From an uncultured delta proteobacterium (GTDB lineage Bacteria; Myxococcota; Myxococcia; Myxococcales; Myxococcaceae), in assembly GCA_963771175.1 (NCBI GenBank), contig CAVYSY010000025.1, positions 32,001 through 96,000 on the forward strand: a stretch of DNA of 64,000 nucleotides. The letters run 5' to 3'. Below the pieces are notes generated by a model. That model saw only the letters and a program-made list of their open reading frames with translations, made no database searches and was not told the origin of the DNA. This document shows, in pieces, positions 49,373-64,000 of this stretch; the first letter of the stretch is position 1, and every line of letters starts with the position of its first letter. The position numbers were made by a program, and so were the translations under genes.

Positions 49373-51464
49373 TCAGGCCTCCGCCTGGATCTTCGAGAAG
49401 TCCGCCACCTGGTTGAACAGCGTGCCGATCTCCGTGAGGAGCCGGATGCGGTTCTCGCGCAGGTCCTTGTCCTCGGCCATCACCATCACCTTGTCGAAGA
49501 AGGTGTCGACGGTGGGCTTGAGGCCGGTGATCTCCTTGAGGGCGCCGGCGAAGTCGTCGGACTTCACCAGGTCGGCCACGCGGGCGCGCGCCTGGACGTA
49601 GGCGGAGTGGAGCTCGCGCTCGGCGTCGTCGGTGAGCCGCTGGGGATTCACCTCGCCGCGGGACACGTCCTTGCCCTGCTTCTCGACGATGTTGACCACG
49701 CGCTTGAAGGCACCGGCCAGCGGCGCGAAGTCCGCCCGGCCCACGATGCCGCCCAGGGCCTCCAGCCGCTTGCGCGCGGCCACCAGGTCGTCGAAGCCGG
49801 CCGACAGCACCGCCTCCACCACGTCCGTGCGGTGCTCCTCCATCCACAGCGCCTTGAGGCGGCCGCGGAAGAAGTCGAGCACCTGCTCGCGAGGCGCGGG
49901 CTCGCCGGCCTTGCGCTTCACGTTGGCGATCTTCGGCCCGAGCTGCTCCAGCGCCTCGTCCACCGCCTGGCGAGAGGGAGAAGCGGTAGCCCCGGCCCAG
50001 GATGATGCGGATGACGGCGAGGCACGCGCGCCGGAGGGCGAACGGGTCCGCCGCGCCGGTGGGCCCCTTGCCGATGGCGAAGATGCCGCACAGCGTGTCC
50101 AGCCGGTCCGCCAGGCCGATGAGCGCCCCGGGGTCCTGCGTGGGCAGCGCGTCCTCGGCGGTGCGCGGCAGGTAGTGCTCGAAGATGGCCAGGGCCACCG
50201 CCTCGGGCTCACCGCTGGCGCGGGCGTACTCGCGCCCCATCACGCCCTGGAGCTCGGGGAACTCGCCCACCATGCCGGTGACGAGGTCCGCCTTGGCCAG
50301 GGTGGCGGCGCGCTCGATGGTGGCCTTGTGAGCACCGTGGCCCGTCCACTCGGCCAGCTTCACGGCCAGCGCGCGGAAGCGCTCCACCTTCTCGGCGTAG
50401 CTGCCGAGCTGGCCCTGCCACACCACGCGCGCCAGCTTCTCCGTGCGCGCCTCGAGCGGCGTCTTGCGGTCCTCGTCGAAGAAGAAGCGTCCGTCGGCGA
50501 GGCGCGCGCGCAGCACGCGCTCGTAGCCGCGCAGGGAGAGCTTCTCGTCGCGCACCGGCGTGTTGGACACGGCGATGAAGCGCGGCAGCAGCTTGCCCTT
50601 GGCGTCCAGCACGGAGAAGTAGCGCTGGTGGCTCTTCATCTCCTGCACCAGCACCTCGGGAGGCAGGTCCAGGTGGCGCTCGTCGAAGCGTGCCCACCAC
50701 CGGGTTGGGCAGCTCCACCAGGTTGGTCACCTGGTCCACCAGGGACTCGTCCTCCATCAGCGTGCCGCCGGCCTGCGTGCGCCGCCGCGCGCACCTTCTC
50801 CAGCAACTGCGCGCGCCGCTTGGCGACGTCCGGCACCACGTGGGCCTTCTCCAGGGCCGCCTCGTAGTCCGAGGGCTTGGAGAGCTCGATGGCCGCGGGC
50901 GACAGGAAGCGGTGGCCGTACGTCGTCCGGCCGCTCTTCACGTCACCGAGCACCACCGGCAGCACCTCGCCGCCCAGCAGCGCCACCATCCACTGCACGG
51001 GCCGCGCGAAGGCCTGCTCCACGTCGCCCCAGCGCATCGTCTTGCGGAAGTTGATGCCGTGCACGGCCGTGTGGAGGACGTCCTTGAGGATGTCCGCCGC
51101 CGGGCGGCCCTTCTCCTCCACCTTGGCGCCCAGGTACTCGCCCTTGGGCGTCTGCACGCGCAGCAGCGCGTCCACCGACAGCTTCTGGCTCTCGGCGAAC
51201 TTCTCCGCCGCCTTGGTGGGCTTGCCGTCCGTGTCGAAGGCCGCCTTCGCGCTCGGGCCGAGCACCTCGCGGGTCATGTCCTCGCCCTTCTCCGCCACGT
51301 CCTTCACCAACACCGCCAGCCGGCGCGGCGTGCCGTAGGTGCGCACCTCGCCGTGCTTCAGCCGCGCCTCCGCGGCGCGCTCGGTGATGATGCGCTTGAG
51401 GTCCTCGAGCGCCGGGACGATGAAGGAGGCGGGGATCTCCTCGGCGCCGATCTCCAGGAGCAGG

Positions 51465-51475
<11 letters not shown>
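49373..51475 (-). CDS. glyS: Glycine--tRNA ligase beta subunit (apparent frameshifts)
   Basis: [47 protein letters not shown]. Confidence 0.95.
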
Positions 51476-52449
<974 letters not shown>

Positions 52450-52497
52450 GACGCCGAGGACCCTAGTGAGGGGGTCCGGGAGCGTCAAGGACAGCCG

Positions 52498-54648
52498 TCA
52501 CTGTTCTTGCCACAAGGGGAGATCCGACAACCGCACTGTCATCTCCGTCACCTGACCCGGCTTGATCGGGGCGGACAGCATGCGGCTGGCACCATCCGGA
52601 TCCACCACGCGCAACCGGTAGGTGTCCACGGGCAGCGCGACCTTCTTCAGCGGGGTGGTGCCGAGACGGTTGTCACCATCGAACACCGCGGCGCGTGGGG
52701 AGGTGTAGAGCGTGAGCCAGCCAAGCTGCGCCTTCGCCGCGCCCTTGGCGGTGCTCGTGTCGATCACCTCGGGCTCCGTGGGAGCCTCCGGCTCGGTGGC
52801 CGGCTTCACGGCGGCGACGGGCTTGGGCTCGGGGGCGGGCTTCGGCTCCGTCCCGGTCTTGGGCGCGGCAGTCACCTTCCGCGACTTCTTGGAGTCGACC
52901 TTGGTGGAATTGGTCTTGGACGGCGTCGAGGGCTCCGGCGAGGCCACCACGGGCTCTGGCGGCGTCTCGGGCTGAGGCGTGGGCTCCGGTGGCGGGGCCT
53001 CCGGCTGGGCGCTCGCGGTCGTCGGCGGAGGGGTCCGAGGCAACGCCAACGGCTCCGCCGGGGGCGGACCCTGAGGAACCGGCTCCCCCTTCAGCCCCTT
53101 CAGCTCCTTCACGGCGGTGGCGTACAGGGGGGTGAGCAGGGCCCGGGTCGGCGGGTAGTAGACGGCACCGCCGATGCCCGCGAGCAGCAGCACCAGGAAG
53201 ACCCATTTGCCCCAACCCGACCCCTCGCGCGGAGCGTCTGGCTGCTCCACGACCGCCCGGGAAGGACGGGTAGGCAGATCCTCCTCCTCCCCGAGCATGC
53301 GGTTGGCGCGGACGGCGGGAGCCCTGCGGACCGGCTGGGTCTTGTTGAGCGGATCCTCGTCCTCCTCCTCCGGCTCGGGGGCGACGGCGCGGACGGACGC
53401 GGCGCTCCTGGCGGGCGGAGGCCGGATGGGCGTGGCCTGGGAAGTGGGCCGGCGCGGAGGGGGAGCGGGAGCGGGCTTCGGCGCGGGCAGCGCGGGCTTC
53501 GGCGGCGGCGTCACCTGCCCCGAGGGCTTCGCGACGCGTGGAGTGCTCGCCGCGCCGGAGTTGGGGGAACGGCGACCCCGCTCGTTGGAGCTCTCCTTGT
53601 TGTCGGTCGCGGTGAACATCGCGGCGAACTGCCCGGTCGCGGACTCGTCGGGCTCGTTCGCGCTGTCCAGCAGCGCGCGCGTCTTCTGGATCTTGTCCTC
53701 GAAGAGCTGCCGCATCACCGCGGCCATCTGCTCCTCGTGGAAGAGCTCCGCCCCGCAGGCTGCCTCGATGGCGCGGGCCATCTCGCGTCCCGAGGCGAAG
53801 CGCTGCCCCGGCTCACGCGCCAGCGCGCGCAGCACCACGTCGGCCAGCGCCTTGGGGACGCGCGGGTTGATGCTCGAGGGCGAGGGCACCTCCCCCTCGG
53901 CGATCTTCAGCATCACCTCGCCCTCGTGGGCGCCGGAGAACAGTCGGCGGCCGCACAGCAGCTCGTGCAGGATGATGCCGGTGCAGAAGAGATCGCTGCG
54001 CCCGTCGAGCTCGGCGCCGTGGACCTGCTCGGGGGACATGTAGCCGGTGGTGCCCTTCACCATGCCCACCTGGGTCCGGCCGAGCCGGCCCTTGGCCTTG
54101 GCGATGCCGAAGTCGATCACCTTCACGTGGCCGTCGAAGGTGACCATCACGTTCTTCGGCGACACGTCGCGGTGGACCACCGGCCGGGGCTTGCCCGAGG
54201 CCTCGGTGAAGGAGTGCGCGTAGTGAAGCCCGAGGCACGCATCGCGCACCGCGCGGGCCGCGAAGCCCAGGGGCAGCGGGAACTGCTGCTTGTCGGCGGC
54301 CTTGTAGACCTGCTCCAGGTTCTGCCCGGCCAGGAACTCCATGGCCAGGTACAGCTCGCCGTCCTGGTCTCCGAGATCGAAGACCTGGCCGATGTTCGCG
54401 TGGGAGAGGGTGGCGGTGATGCGCGCCTCGTCCAGGAACATCTTGACGAACTGTTCGTCCTTCTGGACGTCCGGGAGGATCTGCTTCAGCGCGACGAACT
54501 TGCGGAAACCGCCAGGTCCCGCGGTGAAGGCGAGGAACAACTCCGCCATCCCGCCCATGGAGAGACGGGTGACCACCTCGTATTTGCCGATGCGGCGTCC
54601 CCTGTCGAAGTCGAGACCCGCGCTGCCCTGAGGCCCTTGGTTGGCCAT
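52498..54648 (-). CDS. Membrane Ser/Thr protein kinase (Hanks type) with PEGA-like C-terminus
   Basis: GGMAELF, HRDVSPKN, DFGIAK, YMSPEQ, TM helix, LGTTPL. Confidence 0.95.
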   Translation of the reverse strand: MANQGPQGSAGLDFDRGRRIGKYEVVTRLSMGGMAELFLAFTAGPGGFRKFVALKQILPDVQKDEQFVKMFLDEARITATLSHANIGQVFDLGDQDGELYLAMEFLAGQNLEQVYKAADKQQFPLPLGFAARAVRDACLGLHYAHSFTEASGKPRPVVHRDVSPKNVMVTFDGHVKVIDFGIAKAKGRLGRTQVGMVKGTTGYMSPEQVHGAELDGRSDLFCTGIILHELLCGRRLFSGAHEGEVMLKIAEGEVPSPSSINPRVPKALADVVLRALAREPGQRFASGREMARAIEAACGAELFHEEQMAAVMRQLFEDKIQKTRALLDSANEPDESATGQFAAMFTATDNKESSNERGRRSPNSGAASTPRVAKPSGQVTPPPKPALPAPKPAPAPPPRRPTSQATPIRPPPARSAASVRAVAPEPEEEDEDPLNKTQPVRRAPAVRANRMLGEEEDLPTRPSRAVVEQPDAPREGSGWGKWVFLVLLLAGIGGAVYYPPTRALLTPLYATAVKELKGLKGEPVPQGPPPAEPLALPRTPPPTTASAQPEAPPPEPTPQPETPPEPVVASPEPSTPSKTNSTKVDSKKSRKVTAAPKTGTEPKPAPEPKPVAAVKPATEPEAPTEPEVIDTSTAKGAAKAQLGWLTLYTSPRAAVFDGDNRLGTTPLKKVALPVDTYRLRVVDPDGASRMLSAPIKPGQVTEMTVRLSDLPLWQEQ

Positions 54649-54693
54649 TGGCGGACATACTAGCCGGCGAGTCGGGCCCGGTCGACAGGCTGC

Positions 54694-55688
54694 TCAGGAG
54701 TTCTGCACCTTTATCTGGAGCCACCGGGGGAGCAGGCTGGCTACTTGGTCCCGGAAGGGCAGGCCCGTCACGGCGCCGAGGTGCTCCACCACCCGGGAGC
54801 CCACGGCGCAGGCGAAGGTGGCCAGGGCCTCCAGGTCCTCACGTGAGGCCCCCTCCAGCTCCGCGGCCCCCGCGTACCGCTGGGACAACCCGTAGAGGAA
54901 GGCCGCCATGAAGCCATCCCCCGCCCCGGTGGTGTCCACCACGCGGCTCCGAGGGGCCGGCACCCGCACCACCTCGCCCCGCCAGAGGAAGACGGCGCCC
55001 GCCTCGCCCCGCGTCACCACCGGCAGCGTCACGCCCAGCCCCGCGAGGTAGCGCAGCGCCTCCTCCGGCTCCGTCCGGCCGGTGGCGAAGGCCACCTCGT
55101 CTTCGGAGAGTTTGACCACCGTGCACCGGGGCAGCAGGAGCCCGAGCTGCTCGCGCAGCACCTCCGGGTCCGCCCACGCGTGGAGACGGAGGTTGGGATC
55201 GCAGCTCACGAGGCGGCCCGCCTCGCGCGCGGCCTCCACGGTGCGCTGCATGGCCGTCCGGGCCTCGGGCAGGTGCAGCGAGTTCGTCCCGAAGTGCACC
55301 ACCCGCGCGCTCCCGAGGAAGGCCGGGTCCACGTCGCTGCTCGCCCAGCAGGAGCTCGGCCGAGCGGGTGCGGAAGTACGTGAAGCTGCGCTCGCCGCGC
55401 TCATCGAGCGAGATGAAGACGAGCCCCGTCTTCGCCTCGGCTGTCTGGCGCATGTGGCTCACGTCCACGCCCTCGGAGGCGAGGCGCTCGCGCAGGAAGT
55501 GGCCGAACTCGTCCTCGCCCACCACGCCCACGTAGGCCGAGCGGCCCCCCAGCCGCGCCACGCCCCACGGAGACGTTGGCCAGGGAGCCGCCGACGCAGG
55601 GCATCCACCCCGTCACCTCGCGCACCCGCCGGCCGGACTCCGCCGGGAGGAAGTCCACCAACGACTCGCCCACGCACACCACGTTCAC
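54694..55688 (-). CDS. PfkB-family carbohydrate kinase (frameshifted)
   Basis: GESLVDF, GGSLANV, DPNLR, VDTTGAGDGF. Confidence 0.9.
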
Positions 55689-55712
55689 GCACAGCCTCCT
55701 GGACGCCGCCCG

Positions 55713-56447
55713 TCAGTCCAGCCCCACCTGGGCCATGAAGTCCACGCTCTTGAGGCGGCGACCGAGGTGGTGGGAGATGAAGACGTTGAGCACGCCACGC
55801 GCCCGGGCGCGGAGCTCGGCCGGCAGCGGCGTCCGCTGGCCCTCCTGGAGCGCCCGGAGCCCGGAGAGCAGCTCGGCGGGCACGGCCACCGCATCACGCG
55901 CCCGGAACGAGCAGGGCTCGCACACCGTGCCGCCATGACCCTGGTCGAAGCGCGGCCGCTCGCCCGGCGGGCCGCCACACAGCGCGCACGAGTCGAAGCG
56001 CGGCATCAACCCGGCATGGGCGAGCGCGTCCAGCTCGAAGGCCAGCAGCGAGGTGGGGCCTGCCTCCTTCGCGTCCAGCCTGCCCAGGTACGCCTCCAGC
56101 AGCGCGAAGAGCTCCGGGTGGGGCTCATGGTCGCGCGTCAGCTCGCGGCACAGCTCCACCGCGTAGAGGGCGCGAGCGATGAGGGGCAGGTCCCCGCGCG
56201 CCCCGTAGTAGCCGCCCACGATGTCGGCCGAGTCCAGGCGCACCGTGGAGCCGCGCGTCTCCACGAGCTGCACCCGCAGCCGCATGTAGGGCTCCAGCGC
56301 GCCGGCGAAGCGCCGCTTGCTCTTGCGGGCTCCAGCGGCGAAGGCCGTCAGCTTGCCGTGCTCGCGCGTGAGGAGCGTGACCATCCGGTCGGCTTCCCCG
56401 TAGTCCACCGTGGAGAGGACCAGCGCATCATCGACGAAACGCTCCAT
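55713..56447 (-). CDS. recO: DNA repair protein RecO
   Basis: YGEADRMVTLLTREHGK..GARKSKRRF; CALC/CEPC zinc finger. Confidence 0.95.
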   Translation of the reverse strand: MERFVDDALVLSTVDYGEADRMVTLLTREHGKLTAFAAGARKSKRRFAGALEPYMRLRVQLVETRGSTVRLDSADIVGGYYGARGDLPLIARALYAVELCRELTRDHEPHPELFALLEAYLGRLDAKEAGPTSLLAFELDALAHAGLMPRFDSCALCGGPPGERPRFDQGHGGTVCEPCSFRARDAVAVPAELLSGLRALQEGQRTPLPAELRARARGVLNVFISHHLGRRLKSVDFMAQVGLD

Positions 56448-56456
56448 GGGTCCCCT

Positions 56457-56843
56457 TCAACGCACGAAGGGGTTGGGTGCCTTCCCGCTCATGACCAGGG
56501 CGGCGAACGCTCCCACCCCCAGCACGATCAGCACCACGGCCAGGGCCACCCAGGCTCGCTTGCGCCGCTCGCGCTCCAGCACCACCGGGCTCGGCTCCGG
56601 CGTCGCCTTGTCCACCTCCTCGTAGCGCAGCACCGCGTCTTCCGGCGCCAGCCCGATGACCGTGGCATAGGCGCGGATGTAGTTGAGCACGAAGACGCGC
56701 GAGGGCAGCCGCTCCACCTGCCCCTCCTCCAGGGCGGCGATGAGGCTCGGGGAGATCTTCGTCACGCGCGACACCTCGTCGCGGGACAGGCCACGCAGCT
56801 CGCGCTGCTGGGACAGGTACTTGCCGAATTCGACGTGGTCCAC
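56457..56843 (-). CDS. RodZ-like HTH_25 protein with C-terminal TM helix
   Basis: GKYLSQQRELRGLS..TKI..LEEG..LPSRVF..YIRAYA. Confidence 0.85.
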   Translation of the reverse strand: MDHVEFGKYLSQQRELRGLSRDEVSRVTKISPSLIAALEEGQVERLPSRVFVLNYIRAYATVIGLAPEDAVLRYEEVDKATPEPSPVVLERERRKRAWVALAVVLIVLGVGAFAALVMSGKAPNPFVR

Positions 56844-56861
56844 GGGGGTGGGACTTTCTGG

Positions 56862-57611
56862 TTACAAGGCCTCGAGCAACCTGCGGCAGTCGTCCTTGAG
56901 GGACTGGCTCTTCGCCTTGGCCTCGCAGACGGTGAAGCTCTGCCGCGCCTCCTCCATCTTTCCCATCTTCACCTGGCAGGCGCCCTCGCGCAGGTACGCG
57001 TCGGCGACGTCCGGGCAGGCCTCACGATAATGACCAAAGGAGCGGCACGCCTCGGAAATGTTGCCGGTCTCCTCATAGATGACACCCAGGTTCTTGTAGC
57101 CCAGGCAGAAGTTGGGGTTGGTGGTCACCGAGGCCTTGATGCTCTGCAGCGCGCGCTCCGTCTCGCCCTTCTTGTAGAGCGCCCACCCCAGGTTGCCCTG
57201 GGCGATGAACGGCGTGGGGTAGAGCATGTCGTTGAGGGCCGCCTCGTACAGCTTGATGGCCTCGTCGTAGCGGGTCTGGGACAGGTAGACGTTGGCCAGG
57301 TTCGTCTTGACCTCGGAGAAGCCCGGGCGCACCTCCAGCGCCTTGTTGTAGTGCTGGATGGCCTCCTCTGGCCGGTTGAAGGACAGGTGCAGGAGGATGC
57401 CGATTGCGTTGTGCGCCTCCGGGTAGTCCGGATCCAACTCGAGCGCCTTCTGGAACTCCTTGTAGGCCTGCTGCACGTTGCCGACCTGCTGGGCCTGGAT
57501 GCCGAGCTCGTAGTGGATCTCGGCACCGCGGCGCTCCTGCTCGGTGGGGACGTGCTTGCAGCCCGTCAGGGCGAGCGCGAGGAGCAAGGCGATGGAGAGG
57601 CGGCGGAGCAT
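56862..57611 (-). CDS. tgl: Social-motility TPR lipoprotein Tgl (PilF/PilW-like pilotin)
   Basis: Lipobox LTG-C, multiple TPRs, LNDMLYPTP motif, Cys-rich C-terminus; rpoC-recO synteny. Confidence 0.9.
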   Translation of the reverse strand: MLRRLSIALLLALALTGCKHVPTEQERRGAEIHYELGIQAQQVGNVQQAYKEFQKALELDPDYPEAHNAIGILLHLSFNRPEEAIQHYNKALEVRPGFSEVKTNLANVYLSQTRYDEAIKLYEAALNDMLYPTPFIAQGNLGWALYKKGETERALQSIKASVTTNPNFCLGYKNLGVIYEETGNISEACRSFGHYREACPDVADAYLREGACQVKMGKMEEARQSFTVCEAKAKSQSLKDDCRRLLEAL

Positions 57612-57637
57612 GGTGGTGAGTCTCGTCGGGTGGGGGG

Positions 57638-58105
57638 TCAAAAAGAGGCCAGGAGGCGGCCCAGGTTCGTCGAAGCCGTGCGCTTCTCGTCGGCGCGGCT
57701 CTTGCCCACGCTCGGCACCAGCTTCGGATCCTTGAAGAAGACGGGCAATGTTTTCAGCAGCTCGTCCTGGCGGGCAGGAGGCAGGCCGCGGAAGTTCGCG
57801 TTGTCCATCATGAAGCCCATGGACTCCACGAAGCCGAGCGCCTCGGCCTCTTCCTGCTGGTACTCCTCGGGGCTCGCGTTGCGCCGGCCCGGCACGTACA
57901 CCGCGCAGTCCTGGGCCTCGGACAGGTACAGGTAGATGAAGACGGCGAAGCCGCCCGCGCCGCGCAGCCCCAGCACGAAGGCCTGCGCGGGCCCCGCCGG
58001 CTTGCCTGGGATGGCCAGGTGCGGCGAGTTGATGGACTGGTACAGCGCCATGACCTGATCCCGGCTCGCCGGCAGGCCACGAAACCTCTCGTCGATGGCG
58101 AACAC
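57638..58105 (-). CDS. Conserved protein upstream of tgl
   Basis: ALYQSINSPHLAIPG..EAEALGFVESMGFMMDN. Confidence 0.8.
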   Translation of the reverse strand: MFAIDERFRGLPASRDQVMALYQSINSPHLAIPGKPAGPAQAFVLGLRGAGGFAVFIYLYLSEAQDCAVYVPGRRNASPEEYQQEEAEALGFVESMGFMMDNANFRGLPPARQDELLKTLPVFFKDPKLVPSVGKSRADEKRTASTNLGRLLASF

Positions 58106-58124
58106 GTTGGGCGCTCCCCCCGCG

Positions 58125-58823
58125 CTACCGCGTGGTGAGGGTGAACTCCTCGGACTGGTCTTCCGTCTCCGCCGCGGTGCGCTGGAAGCGGAGAAGCGGA
58201 TTGTCGATCATCACGTTGCCGCCGCCCTCGTTGCCCTCGCCGATGATGACCTTGAACACATGCTGGGGAGATTCGCTCCGCCGCGAGCCGGCCGCCACTT
58301 TGTGCGCCATCATCAGCACCACGTTCTTGCCCGGCTGCAGGTAGCGGGTGATCTCCGCGATGACCTGCGCCTCGCTGTTGCGCAGCTTCCGCACCCACTT
58401 GGAGTTGATGTACAGGTCGATGTCGTACTCCGTCATACCCGGCACCGACTGCTCCGTCACGAGCCAGTAACGCCGGGTGATGCGCGCCGGGGCGGAGTCC
58501 GTCTGCGCGGGAGCCGGAGCCGGCGTCGCGGCGGGCACGGGGGCAGGAGCGGTCGCCTGGGCCGTGGTCGGCGCGGGAGCCGGAGCCGGGGCCACCGGAG
58601 CGGGAGCCGGAGTGGGCGCGGGAGGAGCGTTCACCATCTTGACGGCGTAGCCGGGGGCCGTGATGTGGACGTTGCCCTGTTCATCGATGCGGACGGAGGC
58701 GACCTTCTCGAACTTCTGGTTCGTCACGCCGTCGATGCGGACACCATTGAGGTACACCGAGCCGGCGAGGGCCGAGGCCGGAAGCAGGGCCGTGAGGACT
58801 AAGGCGAGGATGGAGCGGCGCAT
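58125..58823 (-). CDS. Secreted hypothetical protein with Pro/Ala linker
   Basis: Signal peptide ending ASALA; GAGGAG RBS. Confidence 0.8.
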   Translation of the reverse strand: MRRSILALVLTALLPASALAGSVYLNGVRIDGVTNQKFEKVASVRIDEQGNVHITAPGYAVKMVNAPPAPTPAPAPVAPAPAPAPTTAQATAPAPVPAATPAPAPAQTDSAPARITRRYWLVTEQSVPGMTEYDIDLYINSKWVRKLRNSEAQVIAEITRYLQPGKNVVLMMAHKVAAGSRRSESPQHVFKVIIGEGNEGGGNVMIDNPLLRFQRTAAETEDQSEEFTLTTR

Positions 58824-58925
58824 GGGGGACTCCTCGGGGGGAACAAAGCGATAGCGCACCCGTCCGGGGTGAACAAGCGCGCGTCACCGGAGACCGGGGC
58901 GGCCGCCAGGAAATTCAGCCGCTTG

Positions 58926-59627
58926 CTAGGGCGCCTTCTCCTCGGGCGCCTTTTCGAGGCCCTCCCGCTGGGCGAGCGCCCAATCGCCACCCAGGCCCTC
59001 CCCTTCCCGGAATCGCCTGAAATCACGGCGGACGAGGCGGGGATAGCGCCGGAAGGTGTCCAGCTCGCCGGCCTTCTTGGCCTGCCAGATGCGGGTGGGG
59101 CCGGCGTTGTAGGCCATGAGGGCCAGGTCGAGGTCATCGAAGCGGTCGTGCAGCTCCCGCAGGTAGCGGATGCCGAGGCGCACGCCCAGGGACGGATCCG
59201 ACGCCACCTCCTCGCGGGACAGGCGCAGGCCCTGCTTCTGCGCGAGGAAGTGCAGCGTGCTGGGCTTGATCTGCATCAGGCCCCGGGCGCCCTTCTCGGA
59301 GACGGCCTCCTCGGTGAAGTCCGACTCCACGTCGATGAGGGCCAGGATGAGCAGCGGATCATACCCCGCCCTTCCCGCCTCCTCGGCGATGGCCTGGACG
59401 ATCTGCCGACGCAGCGTGAGACCCAGGTCCGGAGCCCGCTTGGCCAGCACCGCGTCGATGAGGGCCGCGTCGGGCGGAGTCACCTCGAAACGCGAGGCCT
59501 CCACCACCCGAGGCACCTCGGGAGGAGCGAACAAGGGCACCGCGCGGGCGGACAACACCAGGGCGACCCCCGCCACGAGGGGCAGCTTTCCACACCCCGC
59601 CCCGAGCGAATGAAGCCAGCGGAACAA
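58926..59627 (-). CDS. Lytic transglycosylase (SLT domain); start uncertain
   Basis: ALIDVESDF..AVSEKGARGLMQI, ALMAYNAGP. Confidence 0.9.
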   Translation of the reverse strand: MFRWLHSLGAGCGKLPLVAGVALVLSARAVPLFAPPEVPRVVEASRFEVTPPDAALIDAVLAKRAPDLGLTLRRQIVQAIAEEAGRAGYDPLLILALIDVESDFTEEAVSEKGARGLMQIKPSTLHFLAQKQGLRLSREEVASDPSLGVRLGIRYLRELHDRFDDLDLALMAYNAGPTRIWQAKKAGELDTFRRYPRLVRRDFRRFREGEGLGGDWALAQREGLEKAPEEKAP

Positions 59628-59667
59628 CCCCTCCCCGCGGCGGCTGGTCGAGCCGGAGGGGGAGCGC

Positions 59668-60012
59668 TCACTTGCGCTGCCCCAGAGCGTCGATGCGCTC
59701 GGCCAATCGGCTCAGCCGCGCTTCGAGGTCCTGGATCTGCTCCCGGCGAGGAACCTTGAGGCTCAGGAGGGTGCGCCGCACACCCTCCTCCACGTTCTGC
59801 TCCAGATCCTTCCGGTGACCCGTGAGGCGCTCCGTCAGCAGCCGGGCCTGACGGATCATCTCCTCCTGGCTCCAACCGGCCAGCTCGGCCACGCGCTGCA
59901 CTGCACGGGTGGCCTCGTCCTCCGCGGTGGACACGGCCAGCAAGGCCTGGCTCCACACCCGCTCGAACGTCTCCGCCAGCGGGCGCTTCTGCGGGGTCTC
60001 TGGTCTGTCCAT
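59668..60012 (-). CDS. Phasin/PhaF-like coiled-coil protein
   Basis: LKVPRREQIQDLEARLSRLAERIDAL. Confidence 0.7.
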   Translation of the reverse strand: MDRPETPQKRPLAETFERVWSQALLAVSTAEDEATRAVQRVAELAGWSQEEMIRQARLLTERLTGHRKDLEQNVEEGVRRTLLSLKVPRREQIQDLEARLSRLAERIDALGQRK

Positions 60013-60253
60013 ACGACGATCTCCAGCATGGCTCCCCGGACCCAACGGCCCGGAAAGTGGGGGTAAGGACAATCGAGGTAAGCACACCCCCCGATTGAAG
60101 GAAACGCCACCCGCGCTCGCCCGCCTGCTTCCTACATCCAATGCTGGATGCTCGCCCGGCAGCCCTCCGGGTCGACCTCCATGGTCCTGTCCGGATTAGT
60201 GCATTGCCGCGTCACCCGTCAAGCGGACAACCCGTGATGCCCCGGAAGCCCGC

Positions 60254-60291
60254 AAAAGAAAACCGCCGCCCCGGGGACCGGAGCGGCGGCT
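60254..60291 (-). terminator. Rho-independent terminator after rpoC
   Basis: Minus strand AGCCGCCGCTCCGG-TCC-CCGGGGCGGCGGTT followed by TTCTTTT. Confidence 0.8.
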
Positions 60292-60331
60292 CTCGAACTT
60301 CGAACGTCAGACCGTCAGGCCCTGGCGCGAA

Positions 60332-64000
<3,669 letters not shown>

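Overview
High-GC myxobacterial chromosome segment, most like Archangium/Cystobacter (Myxococcales), judged from gene content and order. About 1-24 kb is an accessory patchwork. It holds a rifamycin phosphotransferase 3' end, an intact ISCR/IS91-family rolling-circle transposase with three oriIS-like end copies and two transposase remnants, tRNA-Glu and tmRNA 3'-end att scars, and at least six truncated gene fragments (GNAT, SRPBCC, RHS core, secreted hydrolase, DUF962-like, FHA-sigma54 activator). It also holds intact hydrolases, regulators and an NlpC/P60-like operon. At 24.1-24.5 kb there is a compact five-tRNA array, invisible to the ORF track, with non-canonical features. From 24.5 to 64 kb is mostly core genome: oxalate-CoA ligase/panE-like pair, proC, DivIVA, polA, the Tad-like Kil predation cluster, glyQS, recO, tgl and the 3' part of rpoC. 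It is interrupted by an AHH-nuclease/Imm11 toxin-immunity cassette flanked by a 27-bp duplication of the polA 3' end, next to a ~210-nt candidate structured RNA. Many single-base frameshifts in essential genes (rpoC, glyQ, glyS, proC) point to assembly indel errors, so a frameshift alone was not taken as evidence of a pseudogene. All calls come from reading motifs by eye; no database searches were run.
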